Assembly: GCA_021773155.1 (NCBI GenBank)
Contig: JAJFKQ010000027.1
Span: forward strand, 8,820-72,819
Origin: Woeseiaceae bacterium
GTDB lineage: Bacteria > Pseudomonadota > Gammaproteobacteria > Steroidobacterales > Woeseiaceae
Length of the DNA stretch: 64,000 bases
Direction of reading: 5' to 3'
The translations under genes and the position numbers were made by a program. Below, piece by piece: positions 37,698 through 48,307 of the stretch. Within the stretch, counting starts at the first letter, position 1. Every line of letters begins with the position of its first letter. The notes below the pieces were generated by a model. The model did no database searches. It was not told the origin of the DNA and saw only the letters and a program-made list of their open reading frames with translations.

Positions 37698-39098
37698 GTG
37701 AGCAATCCGAGCACCCTCTTTGAAAAGGTTTGGGCAGACCACGTTGTGGTCGATGAGACGCCTGAAACGCCAGCTGTACTTTATATCGACCTGCATATCA
37801 TCCATGAAGTGACAACACCACAGGCTTTCTCGGTGTTACGCGATAATGGATTGGCTGTACGCAGACGTGACCTGACATTGCCAACACTGGATCATTCCAC
37901 GCCGACAACGCCTGTATCGATGTTCAAGGACTTACTGGTCGCGGGCGAAGGTGCCGCCAACCAGGTTCGACAAATGCAGCAAAACTGTGAGGATTTCGGT
38001 CTCGATTTGCTGGGCTATGGCAGCGGACAGCGCGGTATCGTCCATGTGATTGGTCCTGAATTGGGTGCAACACAGCCCGGCAAGACTATCGTCTGTGGGG
38101 ACAGCCACTCCAGCACGCATGGGGCCTTTGGCGCCCTCGCCTTTGGTATAGGGACTACAGAGGTTGGTCACGTACTCGCGACCCAGTGCCTCCTGCAACG
38201 CAAACCAAAAACGCTCGCGGTGAATGTTGACGGCGAGTTGCCAGAGGGCGTGACGGCGAAAGATCTGATTCTCGCAATCATCGGCAAGATTGGCGTCAAT
38301 GGTGGAACAGGACACGTGATTGAGTATCGCGGCGCAGCAATACGGGCGATGGATATGGAAAGTCGAATGACAATCTGCAACATGTCAATCGAGGGCGGCG
38401 CACGTGCCGGAATGATCGCCCCTGATGAGACGACTTTTGATTATCTTCGGGGCCGCTCACGCGCACCACAAGGTGCTGCATGGGATGAAGCCATCGAACG
38501 CTGGCGGCTGTTGCGAACGGACGACGGTGCGAGTTTCGATAAGTCCGTCACGCTGGACGCCAGTGAACTGCAGCCCATGGTTACCTTCGGCACCAACCCG
38601 GGAATGGTTGTCGGCATCAACGATCCGATTCCAGACAGTAGCGATGCGAGTTTCAAGAAGGCGCTTGATTACATGCAAGTCGAGTCAGGTAAACCGATGA
38701 CCGTGAACACGGTCGATATTGTGTTCGTTGGCAGCTGCACCAATGGCCGTATTTCCGATATTGAGGAAACTGCGAGAATCCTGCAGGGACGAAAAGTAGC
38801 CGACAGCGTCCGAATGATGGTCGTACCGGGTTCAGAACAGGTTAAAAAAGAAGCGGAAGAACGTGGTCTTGATCGCGTTATTACTGCTGCCGGTGCGGAA
38901 TGGCGCGAAGCGGGTTGCTCGATGTGCATCGGCATGAATGGCGACATAGCACAGCCCGGGCAACTCACTGTCAGTACCAGTAATCGCAACTTCGAAGGAC
39001 GTCAGGGTGTTGGTGCACGCACAGTCCTGGCCAGCCCGGCGACAGCAGCAGCGTCTGCAATCGCAGGTTACGTCGCAGATCCAAGGACGTACTCATGA
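37698..39098 (+). CDS. leuC: 3-isopropylmalate dehydratase large subunit
   Basis: Aconitase-family Fe-S ligand motifs ([30 protein letters not shown]). Confidence 0.9.
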   Translation: MSNPSTLFEKVWADHVVVDETPETPAVLYIDLHIIHEVTTPQAFSVLRDNGLAVRRRDLTLPTLDHSTPTTPVSMFKDLLVAGEGAANQVRQMQQNCEDFGLDLLGYGSGQRGIVHVIGPELGATQPGKTIVCGDSHSSTHGAFGALAFGIGTTEVGHVLATQCLLQRKPKTLAVNVDGELPEGVTAKDLILAIIGKIGVNGGTGHVIEYRGAAIRAMDMESRMTICNMSIEGGARAGMIAPDETTFDYLRGRSRAPQGAAWDEAIERWRLLRTDDGASFDKSVTLDASELQPMVTFGTNPGMVVGINDPIPDSSDASFKKALDYMQVESGKPMTVNTVDIVFVGSCTNGRISDIEETARILQGRKVADSVRMMVVPGSEQVKKEAEERGLDRVITAAGAEWREAGCSMCIGMNGDIAQPGQLTVSTSNRNFEGRQGVGARTVLASPATAAASAIAGYVADPRTYS

Positions 39099-39679
39099 AG
39101 CCTGTTAACAAGATTCGGTCAAAGACAGTTGTACTGCCAACTAGGGACATCGACACAGACCAGATAATTTCAGCCCGATTCCTGACCACCACAACTCGAG
39201 AAGGCCTTGGTAAGAACGTCTTTCACGACCTGCGCTACAACGCCGACGGGAGCGAAAAGCCAGATTTCGTACTGAATAAACCCGAATCGAAAGGCTGTCG
39301 AATTCTCATTGGCGGCAATAATTTCGGTTGCGGCTCGTCACGCGAACACGCGCCGTGGGCGTTGCTCGATTACGGATTTGAAGCGGTCATTTCGACTGAG
39401 ATAGCCGATATATTCCGCAACAACGCACTCAAGAACGGACTGCTCGCCATCGTCGTTGATAGTGATACGCATCAATGGCTTCTGGACAATCCCGGCGCCG
39501 ACGTTGCCATCGACGTTGCCGCCGCAACAATCACATTGCTGGGTGCAAAAATCATTGAATTCGCGATTGACGGATTTGCACAGCATTGCCTGATAGAGGG
39601 CATCGACCAGTTAGGTTTCCTGCGACAGCAAACCTCGACTATTGAATCATATGAGGAGAATCGCAGTTGGAAGCCGTAA
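39095..39679 (+). CDS. leuD: 3-isopropylmalate dehydratase small subunit
   Basis: [18 protein letters not shown] motif; 4-nt overlap with leuC. Confidence 0.9.
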   Translation: MKPVNKIRSKTVVLPTRDIDTDQIISARFLTTTTREGLGKNVFHDLRYNADGSEKPDFVLNKPESKGCRILIGGNNFGCGSSREHAPWALLDYGFEAVISTEIADIFRNNALKNGLLAIVVDSDTHQWLLDNPGADVAIDVAAATITLLGAKIIEFAIDGFAQHCLIEGIDQLGFLRQQTSTIESYEENRSWKP

Positions 39680-40728
39680 TTACGCTGCTACCGGGTGACG
39701 GAATCGGACCCGACGTTACTGAATGTGCACTTGAAGTTCTTGAGGCCGTCGCTGCCAGGTACGAGCACAGTTTCAGATACGAAACGCAGTTGATTGGTGG
39801 CGCTGCGATTGACGCCGAAGGCGACCCATTGCCACCTGCGACGATAGCGAGCTGCGAAACAGCCGATGCTGTTTTTCTGGGCGCTGTGGGCGGGCCAAAG
39901 TGGTCTGATCCAAATGCCAAAATTCGGCCGGAACAGGGGCTCCTCAAGCTGCGCTCCATTCTCGGTGTGTTTGCCAATATCCGTCCGGTCAAGGTCTATT
40001 CTGAGCTGGTTGGCGCTTCGCCGCTTCGGCCAGAGATTCTCGAAGGCGTCGATATGCTCGTTGTCAGAGAGTTGACCGGTGGGATTTACTTTGGAGAAAA
40101 AACCCGCGATGAAACATCGGCAAGCGACCTGTGTACCTACACGGTCAACGAGATTGAACGCATCGTCCGTGTTGCCGCAAAACTAGCGTCTGGACGTCGT
40201 GGGAAACTTTGTTCGGTTGATAAGGCAAACGTGCTGGAAACATCTCGCCTGTGGCGCAACGTGACAGATCGTCTCATGCCGGTCGAATTTCCAGGGATCG
40301 ATGTCGAAACACTGCTGGTCGACGCAGCGGCGATGCATCTGCTAAGTCGCCCTGCTGATTTCGACGTGATTGTTACCGAGAATATGTTCGGTGACATTTT
40401 GACGGACGAGGCGTCAATGCTGGCCGGGTCACTGGGTATGTTGCCCTCTGCATCGCTCGGCGACACAGCAGTTGGTTTGTATGAGCCTATTCATGGTTCG
40501 GCGCCAGATATTGCCGGGAAAGGCATCGCGAATCCCTGCGCAGCCATCGCGAGTATTGCGCTCCTGCTGCGCCACAGTCTCGAACTTGAGACAGAAGCTA
40601 CGGCCGTTGAGCTGGCAATCGCGTCGGCCATCGCCAATGGCGCCAGAACAGCCGATATTGCGGCAGGGGGCGAAACACGCGTCTCTACCACCGAAATGAC
40701 GTCAGAGATCATTCGCGGTTTGCACTAA
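39667..40728 (+). CDS. leuB: 3-isopropylmalate dehydrogenase
   Basis: [11 protein letters not shown] and [13 protein letters not shown] motifs; TTG start overlapping the leuD end. Confidence 0.9.
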   Translation: MEAVITLLPGDGIGPDVTECALEVLEAVAARYEHSFRYETQLIGGAAIDAEGDPLPPATIASCETADAVFLGAVGGPKWSDPNAKIRPEQGLLKLRSILGVFANIRPVKVYSELVGASPLRPEILEGVDMLVVRELTGGIYFGEKTRDETSASDLCTYTVNEIERIVRVAAKLASGRRGKLCSVDKANVLETSRLWRNVTDRLMPVEFPGIDVETLLVDAAAMHLLSRPADFDVIVTENMFGDILTDEASMLAGSLGMLPSASLGDTAVGLYEPIHGSAPDIAGKGIANPCAAIASIALLLRHSLELETEATAVELAIASAIANGARTADIAAGGETRVSTTEMTSEIIRGLH

Positions 40729-40739
40729 AGCAACGACAG

Positions 40740-41936
40740 CTAACCGCAGGCAGCGGCAACCGGCGCCAGTGTGCGCACGGAGCGCGCCGCCTCAAGAGCT
40801 TCCAGCAAGTCGGCGATCAGGTCCTCGCTGCTTTCGAGTCCAATGGACAATCGAATCAGATTCTGGCCAATTCCGGCCTTAGCCAGAGCCGCTTCGCTGA
40901 CCGGCGCATGTGTCATTGATGCTGGATGGCAAACAAGGCTCTCGACACCGCCCAATGATTCCGCCAGTGAGAAGAACTTCAGGCTATTAACAAATGCGCG
41001 GATCTCTTCCTCGCCGCCTGCTACCTCGAAACTCACCATGCCGCCGAAGCCACGCTGCTGTCGTTTGGCGATGCTGTGTCCGGGATGGCTCTCGAGGCCG
41101 GGATAGTAAACCTGGGCTACCTGATCATGCTCATTGAGTATGCTGGCGACGAGGCTTGCACTTTCCTCATGCTGCCTGATCCGCGGATGCAAGGTACGAA
41201 TACCGCGCAGCGTCAGAAAGCTGTCAAAAGGCGCCCCTGTGATGCCGATGCAATTTGCCCAGTACGCGATCTTTTCCGCTAGTTCGTCCGTCGCAGCAAC
41301 AACGCAACCACCGACAACGTCGCTGTGTCCATTGATGTACTTGGTGGTCGAATGAATGACGAGATCAGCGCCGAAGTCGATCGGGTTCTGCAAGGCAGGT
41401 GACAAGAACGTGTTGTCTACAGCCAGTAAAGCGCCTGCAGCCCTGGCTATCTCCGCAATCTTTTCGATATCGACTATGCGTAACAACGGATTGGATGGCG
41501 TTTCTGCGAGAATGATCTTCGGTCTGCACTCAGCCGCTTTGCGCAGCGCGTCGATATTCGTCTGGTCAACGAACTGTACTTTGAACAATCCTTTTTTGGA
41601 CTGCTGCTCGAACAAGCGGAATGTTCCGCCGTAACAGTCATGCGGCGCGATAATGGTGTCGCCGGGTTCAAGTAATTGCGTCAGGAGCGTCAGAGCTGCC
41701 ATTCCGGATGATGTCACTACTGCTCCGGCACCGCCTTCAAGCTCGGCCAGTGCGTCTGCCAATGCATCACGGGTTGGGTTGCCGGAGCGTGTGTAATCGT
41801 ACTGCCGTGGTTCGCCCAAACCTGCAAACGCAAAGTTCGAAGAAAGATGTAACGGCGGTACGACAGCACCGTGTTGCGTGTCTGATTCGATAGACGCACG
41901 AACCGCTCTGGTCGCTTTACTTGCTGAGGATGTCAT
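40740..41936 (-). CDS. Cys/Met-metabolism PLP enzyme (cystathionine gamma-synthase / O-succinylhomoserine sulfhydrylase family)
   Basis: YTRSGNPTRDAL, SSGMAALT and HSTTKYINGHSDV (PLP-Lys) motifs. ATG at 41936 preceded by GGAG at 7-nt spacing. A SAM-I riboswitch lies upstream. Confidence 0.75.
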   Translation of the reverse strand: MTSSASKATRAVRASIESDTQHGAVVPPLHLSSNFAFAGLGEPRQYDYTRSGNPTRDALADALAELEGGAGAVVTSSGMAALTLLTQLLEPGDTIIAPHDCYGGTFRLFEQQSKKGLFKVQFVDQTNIDALRKAAECRPKIILAETPSNPLLRIVDIEKIAEIARAAGALLAVDNTFLSPALQNPIDFGADLVIHSTTKYINGHSDVVGGCVVAATDELAEKIAYWANCIGITGAPFDSFLTLRGIRTLHPRIRQHEESASLVASILNEHDQVAQVYYPGLESHPGHSIAKRQQRGFGGMVSFEVAGGEEEIRAFVNSLKFFSLAESLGGVESLVCHPASMTHAPVSEAALAKAGIGQNLIRLSIGLESSEDLIADLLEALEAARSVRTLAPVAAACG

Positions 41937-42039
41937 TTTCGGTCTCCGCATTGGTGTTCCGTATCTACTCATCGGAACCCTGCGAAGCCCGCAAGGGAGG
42001 GGTTGTACTGCCCTTCACCCGCGTACGGGATGTTGCAGT

Positions 42040-42172
42040 TACCCTCATCATTCGATGCGCTCAACAAACTGAGCAAAGCATCGCAGGAGTTGGCACCTTT
42101 TCAGAATGGTTAGTTCTGAAGGTTGCCCCGGCGTCGTCGGGCCTATCCCTCGACCGGTCTCGATGAGTTTCG
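42040..42172 (-). promoter_or_regulatory. SAM-I (S-box) riboswitch
   Basis: The minus strand reads CTCATCGAGAccggtcGAGGGAtaGGCCCGAcGAcGccggGGCAACC-[ttcagaactaaccattctgaa]-AAGGTGCCAActCCtGCgatgc...gcatcGAAtGATGAG. All conserved S-box core blocks and the P1-P4 helices are present, about 105 nt upstream of the met gene start. Confidence 0.85.
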
Positions 42173-42281
42173 CAAAGTGTATGCGCGACAGTTGCCGAAG
42201 GTCAAGGACTTCCGTGAGACTATTTTAGTAGCAAATGTAACCATCAAATTAGCGATTGCTATTCCGGGCTCATTGCAATAG

Positions 42282-42301
42282 TGTACTAGCACGTTAATAC
42301 A
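42282..42301. promoter_or_regulatory. candidate TrpR-family operator (imperfect 20-bp palindrome)
   Basis: TGTACTAGCACGTTAATACA has 7 of 10 symmetric pairs. It contains GTACTAG, identical to a half-site of the E. coli trp operator. It lies between a possible -35 (TTGCAA, 42273-78) and -10 (TAATAC, 42295-300), 12 nt before the yerC-like ATG. Confidence 0.3.
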
Positions 42302-42312
42302 TTGATACAGCC

Positions 42313-42618
42313 ATGAAGCCAAACCGCAATGAATCCGAACGTCAGCAAGCGCACGCTGAGAAGTCCTTGTTCGACGCTGTAATTTCTCTGCAGAGCGCAA
42401 AAGAATGTCGCCTGTTCTTCAAAGACTTGTGTACACCCACCGAACTTCAGGCGCTGGTTGATCGTTGGCAAGTCGTCGAATACCTGCAGAAAGAGCTGCC
42501 CTATCGAAAAATCCACGATCTCACGGGCGTGAGTGTTACTACGATAGGTCGCGTTGCACGCTGCCTTAGCGACGGCTCCGGCGGTTATCAAACGGCGATC
42601 GACCGAATCTCCCACTAA
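42313..42618 (+). CDS. TrpR-family YerC/YecD-like DNA-binding protein
   Basis: 101 aa. LFFKDLCTPTELQALVDRWQVVEYLQKELPYRKIHDLTGVSVTTIGRVARCL matches the YerC/YecD TrpR-like fold (HTH in GVSVTTIGRV). Its stop lies 10 nt before hisG. Confidence 0.75.
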   Translation: MKPNRNESERQQAHAEKSLFDAVISLQSAKECRLFFKDLCTPTELQALVDRWQVVEYLQKELPYRKIHDLTGVSVTTIGRVARCLSDGSGGYQTAIDRISH

Positions 42619-42628
42619 AGGAACAACA

Positions 42629-43531
42629 ATGGAACAGTCCGAGCAGCGTATTAAGATTGCGGTGCAAAAAACCGGCCGCCTGACAGATCATTCCATCGAT
42701 CTGCTGGAGCGCTGTGGCCTGAAAGTTACCAAGAGCAAAAACCAGCTCATTTGCTACGGCGAAAATATGCCAATCGATCTCCTGCTGGTACGAGACGATG
42801 ATATTCCAGGTCTCGTTAGCGACGATGTCTGCGACCTGGGTATTGTTGGCCTCAATGTCGTCGAAGAGAAACGACTGCAACTCGAGCAGGAGGGATCCAA
42901 CGGCCGGTTCAAGCAGATCTTTGAGCTGGATTTCGGTCATTGCCGCCTCTCGATTGCCGCCCCGGAAGATGTGGACTATGTCGGACCGGAGTCTCTTAAA
43001 AATGTAAAGATTGCCACAAGTTATGTCGGACTTTTAACAGATTACTTAAAGCGTAACAGGATCGCTGCGGAGCCGATTTTCTTCTCTGGAGCCGTCGAAA
43101 TTGCACCAAAACTGGGCCGTGCGGACTTCATCTGCGATCTGGTCTCGTCCGGCGAAACATTGCTCGCAAATGGTCTGCGTGAAGTCGCCGTGCTGCTGGA
43201 GAGCGAAGCGGTCGTTATCCAGACATTAGCTCCCCTCAGTGACGAAAAGCAGGCTCTCGTAGACAAGATCATCCAGCGACTCGATGGTGTATTAAAGGTA
43301 CGCGATAGCAAATACATCATGCTGCATGCTCCGCGATCGGCCCTGGCCGAGATTCGTGCGCTGCTCCCAGGCTCAGAGTCTCCCACAGTACTGCCATTGG
43401 AAGGCAGCGACGACAAGATCGCGGTTCACGCTGTCTGTCGGGAGAATGTGTTCTGGGAAACACTTGAGAACCTGAAAGCGGCGGGTGCGAGTTCCCTGCT
43501 GGTTCTGCCAGTCGAAAAGATGCTGGCCTGA
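42629..43531 (+). CDS. hisG: ATP phosphoribosyltransferase (long form)
   Basis: About 300 aa, long-form HisG (IAVQKTGRL..., C-terminal regulatory domain). ATG at 42629 with AAGGA Shine-Dalgarno. The listed 42554 start overlaps the preceding gene. Confidence 0.9.
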   Translation: MEQSEQRIKIAVQKTGRLTDHSIDLLERCGLKVTKSKNQLICYGENMPIDLLLVRDDDIPGLVSDDVCDLGIVGLNVVEEKRLQLEQEGSNGRFKQIFELDFGHCRLSIAAPEDVDYVGPESLKNVKIATSYVGLLTDYLKRNRIAAEPIFFSGAVEIAPKLGRADFICDLVSSGETLLANGLREVAVLLESEAVVIQTLAPLSDEKQALVDKIIQRLDGVLKVRDSKYIMLHAPRSALAEIRALLPGSESPTVLPLEGSDDKIAVHAVCRENVFWETLENLKAAGASSLLVLPVEKMLA

Positions 43532-43533
43532 CG

Positions 43534-44838
43534 ATGAGCCTCTCTATTTTCCGATGGGCAAACCTCGACGAACATCAGCGTAGCGAATTGCTGCGCCGCC
43601 CGAGGGCATCGCAGGACGAATCCATTCGCATTGATGCTGAGAAGATCATCGCCGCAGTGCGAGCCGATGGTGATGCCGCACTGATCGAGTTAACTGAGCG
43701 ATATGATGGTGCGAGCAATAAAGAACTCAAAGTCTCTGCCACAGAGATCGCGGAGGCCAGCAAGCTGCTGACTGGGCCACAACTGGCTGCAATCGATCTC
43801 GCGATTGCCAATGTTCACAAGTTTCACGCACAGCAACGACCGTCCTCCATATCAGTAGAGACCATGCCCGGCGTCGTTTGTGAGCGCGTCAGTCATCCGA
43901 TCGACTCGGTGGGTTTGTACGTTCCTGCGAGAACGGCTCCCCTTCCTTCGGCGGCAATCATGCTGGCGGTGCCTGCCGCTATCGCGGGATGTCCGGAAGT
44001 GGTCTTGTGCACGCCACCACGCCCCGATGGCACGGCCGACCCGGCAGTACTGGTTGCTGCCTCACGGGCCGGCGTTGCCGAAATATACAAAGTGGGTGGT
44101 GCTCAGGCCATTGCGGCAATGGCCTACGGGACTGAATCAATTCCCAGGGTCTGCAAGATAATGGGACCCGGGAACGCTTGGGTGACAAGCGCCAAGTCCA
44201 TCGTTAGTGCGGATCCGGAAGGCGCTGCCATTGATATGCCGGCCGGGCCGTCCGAAGTGCTGGTTATCGGGGACGCGAGTGCTTCACCAGCATTCATCGC
44301 CGCCGATTTATTGTCACAGGCTGAGCATGGAGCAGATTCACAGGTTATGTTCGTAACAACAAATGCTGCGGTCGCGACGGCCGCAAATGAGGAAGTGAAA
44401 TCTCAATTGGATACCCTGTCACGAGCAAGAATCGCGGCCGCCGCGCTGGAAAACTCCCGTACGATCATTGTGAATGATGTGGCCACCGCGATTGAGGTCA
44501 GCAACCAATACGCTCCCGAACACCTGATCCTGCAAATAGAAAATCCGCGAGACGCGCTTCCCTCTATTCGGAATGCGGGCTCCGTCTTCGTAGGTCGATG
44601 GACACCGGAGGCCGTCGGTGATTACTGCAGTGGGACGAATCACGTACTACCGACCTATGGCTACGCGAGGACATACAGCGGCCTGGGAGTTGATCAGTTT
44701 ATGCGGCAGATGACGATTCAGGAGCTTAGCCCTGAAGGCTTGCAGGGAATCAGTGATGCCGTTATCCGTCTTGCAGGCCTGGAGGGACTCGATGCTCACG
44801 CCACCGCCGTCAGCCGACGCCTCGGAGAGATCGCGTGA
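43534..44838 (+). CDS. hisD: histidinol dehydrogenase
   Basis: 434 aa with conserved HisD motifs (AGPSEVLVI, QAEHG, GDYCSGTNHVLPT). Confidence 0.9.
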   Translation: MSLSIFRWANLDEHQRSELLRRPRASQDESIRIDAEKIIAAVRADGDAALIELTERYDGASNKELKVSATEIAEASKLLTGPQLAAIDLAIANVHKFHAQQRPSSISVETMPGVVCERVSHPIDSVGLYVPARTAPLPSAAIMLAVPAAIAGCPEVVLCTPPRPDGTADPAVLVAASRAGVAEIYKVGGAQAIAAMAYGTESIPRVCKIMGPGNAWVTSAKSIVSADPEGAAIDMPAGPSEVLVIGDASASPAFIAADLLSQAEHGADSQVMFVTTNAAVATAANEEVKSQLDTLSRARIAAAALENSRTIIVNDVATAIEVSNQYAPEHLILQIENPRDALPSIRNAGSVFVGRWTPEAVGDYCSGTNHVLPTYGYARTYSGLGVDQFMRQMTIQELSPEGLQGISDAVIRLAGLEGLDAHATAVSRRLGEIA

Positions 44839-45896
44839 GTATCGTCAAACTGGCACGACCGGAGATTCAGGCCATGCGGGCGTACGAGGCGGCAATTCAG
44901 GTCGACGACACAGTACGCCTGAACGCGAACGAATCGCCCCAAATTAGCCCCATTGGTAATTTTCGACGGCCACTCAATCGATATCCGGAAGTTCGCCCAC
45001 AAGAATTGCAGAAGGGGCTGGCAGCGCGCTTCGGTTGTGCAGCAGAGCAGTTGCTGGTAACACGCGGTTCAAGCGAAGCCATCGACCTTTTGATTCGCAC
45101 ATTTTGTGAGGCAGGCAGAGACAGCATCGTCACGCCGACTCCGTCGTTCTCCATGTATTGGCACTACGCGCGCATTCAGGGTGCGGCGGTGATTGAAGTG
45201 CCAACGCTTGTCGATAACGATTTCATAATTGACATGGATGCAGTGCTCGCGGCATGCACCGAAAACTCCCGATTGGTATTCGTCTGTTCACCGAACAATC
45301 CGACCGGCGCGCCGCTGCCCAGAGCAGACGTTGTGAGATTACTGGAGGGTCGCGACAAGCGATCAGCCGTCGTTGTCGATGAGGCCTACGTTGAGTTCGG
45401 TGATCAGGAGTCAGTGATCGACCTGATCAATGATTATCCCAACCTCCTCGTATTACGCACGCTTTCGAAAGCGCTCGGCTTCGCTGGAGCACGTTGCGGC
45501 GCAGTAGCCGGGTCGGTCGACATCATAAATTTGCTGAGTGCCGTGCAGTCGCCTTACGCGCTCGCGACTCCCGTCGTTGAGTGTGTCGAGGACGCACTGC
45601 AAACCGAGCAACTCGCTTTGGCAGACCAAGCGGTCGAAAACATCATCAACGAGAGACAACGCTTGATGACTGCAGTATCCGCCTACGATTTCGTACACCA
45701 GGTATGGCCAAGCGAGGCGAACTTTTTTCTTGCTCGCTTTGCGGATGCCGAAGCCGTGATGCAGCGCTGTGAAGAAAACAACGTATTGCTGCGCCATTTT
45801 GGTGGTGATTTGGCGGACTGCATTCGAATCACTGTCGGTAGTCCGTCCGATAACGATCAGTTGTTGCGTGCACTGGACACGCTGGTGGGATCCTGA
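44835..45896 (+). CDS. hisC: histidinol-phosphate aminotransferase
   Basis: Class II aminotransferase with PLP-Lys motif RTLSKALGFAGARCG; overlap-coupled in the his operon. Confidence 0.85.
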   Translation: MSIVKLARPEIQAMRAYEAAIQVDDTVRLNANESPQISPIGNFRRPLNRYPEVRPQELQKGLAARFGCAAEQLLVTRGSSEAIDLLIRTFCEAGRDSIVTPTPSFSMYWHYARIQGAAVIEVPTLVDNDFIIDMDAVLAACTENSRLVFVCSPNNPTGAPLPRADVVRLLEGRDKRSAVVVDEAYVEFGDQESVIDLINDYPNLLVLRTLSKALGFAGARCGAVAGSVDIINLLSAVQSPYALATPVVECVEDALQTEQLALADQAVENIINERQRLMTAVSAYDFVHQVWPSEANFFLARFADAEAVMQRCEENNVLLRHFGGDLADCIRITVGSPSDNDQLLRALDTLVGS

Positions 45897-45897
45897 G

Positions 45898-46971
45898 ATG
45901 GGCGTGAAAGTACTGTTTATCGATCGTGACGGGACTTTGATCGAGGAACCCGAAGATTTTCAGGTCGACTCGGTCGAAAAAGTTCGCCTGGTCAAAGGTG
46001 TGATTCCTGCCCTGCTTGAATTGGCACAGCATGGTTATCGCTTCGTGGTGGTAAGTAATCAGGACGGCCTCGGAACCGCATCGCTTCCGCAGGATGAGTT
46101 CGCTGCAGCACATGACCATACGTTGCAGTTATTCACGAGCCAGGGTGTGACCTTCGATGAAATTTTCATCTGCCCGCACCTGCCGGATCAAAACTGTGAC
46201 TGTCGCAAGCCTCGAACGGGCCTGTTGACTCGCTACCTCGCCGCAAACCACATCGACCTGCCGAATTCCGCCGTAATCGGTGATCGGACGACGGACATGG
46301 TGCTAGCCGAGCGAATTGGCGTGCAGGGACTGTTGGTCAATGCCGATGATGCCACCACGATGAGCTGGCAACAGATCGTTGAGCTGCTGTGCCATTCAAA
46401 TCGAGTCGCCCAAGTCCAGCGAAACACCAATGAAACGAACATATCGGTCGCCGTCAACCTGGACTCCGCCGAGACGATCCAAATACGCACAGGTATTGGT
46501 TTTTACGATCATATGCTCGAGCAAATCGCCAAGCATGGGGGCTTCGGACTGGTCCTGAACTGCGAAGGTGACTTGAATGTCGACGAACACCACACTGTCG
46601 AAGACACGGCTATTTGCCTTGGCACTGCTTTGCGAGAAGCATTAGGCAACAAGTTCGGCATCGGACGTTACGGATTTCTGCTTCCCATGGACGAGAGTGA
46701 AGCGAAAGTCGCGCTCGACTTGTCGGGCCGGGCTGCATTTCAATTCTCTGCAGAATTTCCCCGCGATAATGTCGGAGAACTTTCGACTGAGATGGTTGAG
46801 CATTTCTTCCGCTCACTGTCAGAATCACTTGGTGCCGCGTTGCATATTGAGGTCAACGGTGAGAACACCCATCACATGGTCGAGGCCTGCTTCAAGTCAG
46901 TCGGTCGTAGTCTGCGACAGGCGCTCGCCAGAGCCGGTACTGAGTTACCCTCTACCAAGGGCACTTTGTAG
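45898..46971 (+). CDS. hisB: bifunctional histidinol-phosphatase / imidazoleglycerol-phosphate dehydratase
   Basis: N-terminal HAD motif FIDRDGTLIEE plus IGPD motifs (DEHHTVEDTAI, GENTHHMVEA). ATG at 45898, 1 nt after the hisC stop. Confidence 0.9.
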   Translation: MGVKVLFIDRDGTLIEEPEDFQVDSVEKVRLVKGVIPALLELAQHGYRFVVVSNQDGLGTASLPQDEFAAAHDHTLQLFTSQGVTFDEIFICPHLPDQNCDCRKPRTGLLTRYLAANHIDLPNSAVIGDRTTDMVLAERIGVQGLLVNADDATTMSWQQIVELLCHSNRVAQVQRNTNETNISVAVNLDSAETIQIRTGIGFYDHMLEQIAKHGGFGLVLNCEGDLNVDEHHTVEDTAICLGTALREALGNKFGIGRYGFLLPMDESEAKVALDLSGRAAFQFSAEFPRDNVGELSTEMVEHFFRSLSESLGAALHIEVNGENTHHMVEACFKSVGRSLRQALARAGTELPSTKGTL

Positions 46972-47570
46972 TGACACAAATAGCCATCATTGACAGCGGT
47001 GGTGCCAATATCGCGTCGCTTTTGTTTGCATTCCAACGATTGCAGACCAAGGCAATTCTGACATCTGATGCCGATGTAATTCGAAATGCCCCTCGAGTCC
47101 TGCTGCCCGGTGTCGGTGCTGCCAAGGATGCAATGAAACGTCTGACAAACGCAGGGCTCATCGACGTCATACGCGAACTCAAACAACCGGTGCTTGGTAT
47201 TTGTCTCGGCATGCAGCTGCTCTGTGACGGTTCCGAAGAAGAGGACGTTGAGTGCCTTGGAATCATCCCCGGTACGGCGGAAAAGCTTGCCGCGACATCA
47301 GACAATCCCGTTCCGAACATGGGATGGTGCTCAACGAACATTACGGCAGGCCACGCAGTGCTCAAGCGCATTGAGGACGAAAGCTTTTTTTATTACCTGC
47401 ATAGCTACGCCCTGCCCATATCCGACAACACACTCGCTACCGCAAGTCATGCCGGCGAGTTCTCAGCGGTCATCGGTCACCGCAATTTTGTCGCCGCACA
47501 GTTTCATCCGGAACGCTCATCCACAGCCGGTGCACAATTACTCCGAAATTTCGTGGGGGTCGGAACATGA
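46971..47570 (+). CDS. hisH: imidazole glycerol phosphate synthase, glutaminase subunit
   Basis: GVGAAKDAM and ICLGMQLL (catalytic Cys), and FHPERS motifs. Confidence 0.9.
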   Translation: MTQIAIIDSGGANIASLLFAFQRLQTKAILTSDADVIRNAPRVLLPGVGAAKDAMKRLTNAGLIDVIRELKQPVLGICLGMQLLCDGSEEEDVECLGIIPGTAEKLAATSDNPVPNMGWCSTNITAGHAVLKRIEDESFFYYLHSYALPISDNTLATASHAGEFSAVIGHRNFVAAQFHPERSSTAGAQLLRNFVGVGT

Positions 47571-48307
47571 GGATCATTCCGGCAATAGATCTCAAAGATG
47601 GCAAGTGCGTTCGCTTATTCAAAGGAGATTTTGAGAAAACCACAGAGTACAGCGCTAATCCCGCAGAGATTGGGCGGCGCTTTTCTGCGCTGGCCGTCGA
47701 AAACTTGCATATCGTCGATCTCGATGGTGCTCGAACCGGAGCGCAGCAAAACCATTCAATCGTTGCGGAAATTATTTCTCAATCGGGCCTGTCTGTGCAG
47801 CTTGGCGGCGGTATTCGTGAACGGGACGATGTTGCTCGCTGGCTGGACGCTGGCGTATCTCGTTGCGTTATTGGAAGCGTAGCGATAAATCAACCGCAAA
47901 CTGTGCGGCAGTGGCTGCGTGAGTTTGGCGTGGACGCAATCGTGTTGGCGCTGGATATCAAGCTAAACGAGTCAGCTATACCGAAACTAACAACGCAGGG
48001 CTGGACGGAAGACTCTGCTACGTCACTGTGGGATTGCCTCGATGACTATCGTGAAAATGGCGTACAGCACGTTCTGTGTACCGACGTAGCGCGAGATGGT
48101 GCGATGACGGGTCCGAATTTCGATCTTTATACGGATATCCTTGCACGTTACCCGGCCCTGAAATTACAGGCATCGGGTGGTATTCGAAATATTGACGATC
48201 TGCAAAAGCTACGCGACTTAGGTATCCCTGCAGCGATCACCGGTCGCGCTCTGCTGGACGGAGAAATAACGCCGACGGAGGTCGCGTCATTCCGACGAAA
48301 CGCATAA
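47567..48307 (+). CDS. hisA: ProFAR isomerase
   Basis: [18 protein letters not shown]-terminus; 246 aa. Confidence 0.9.
   Translation: MRIIPAIDLKDGKCVRLFKGDFEKTTEYSANPAEIGRRFSALAVENLHIVDLDGARTGAQQNHSIVAEIISQSGLSVQLGGGIRERDDVARWLDAGVSRCVIGSVAINQPQTVRQWLREFGVDAIVLALDIKLNESAIPKLTTQGWTEDSATSLWDCLDDYRENGVQHVLCTDVARDGAMTGPNFDLYTDILARYPALKLQASGGIRNIDDLQKLRDLGIPAAITGRALLDGEITPTEVASFRRNA

Noticed and set aside
42173-42312. His-rich leader peptide/attenuator upstream of the his operon
   Set aside because: The region has no run of His codons (CAC/CAT) and no terminator-like hairpin with a U-tract.
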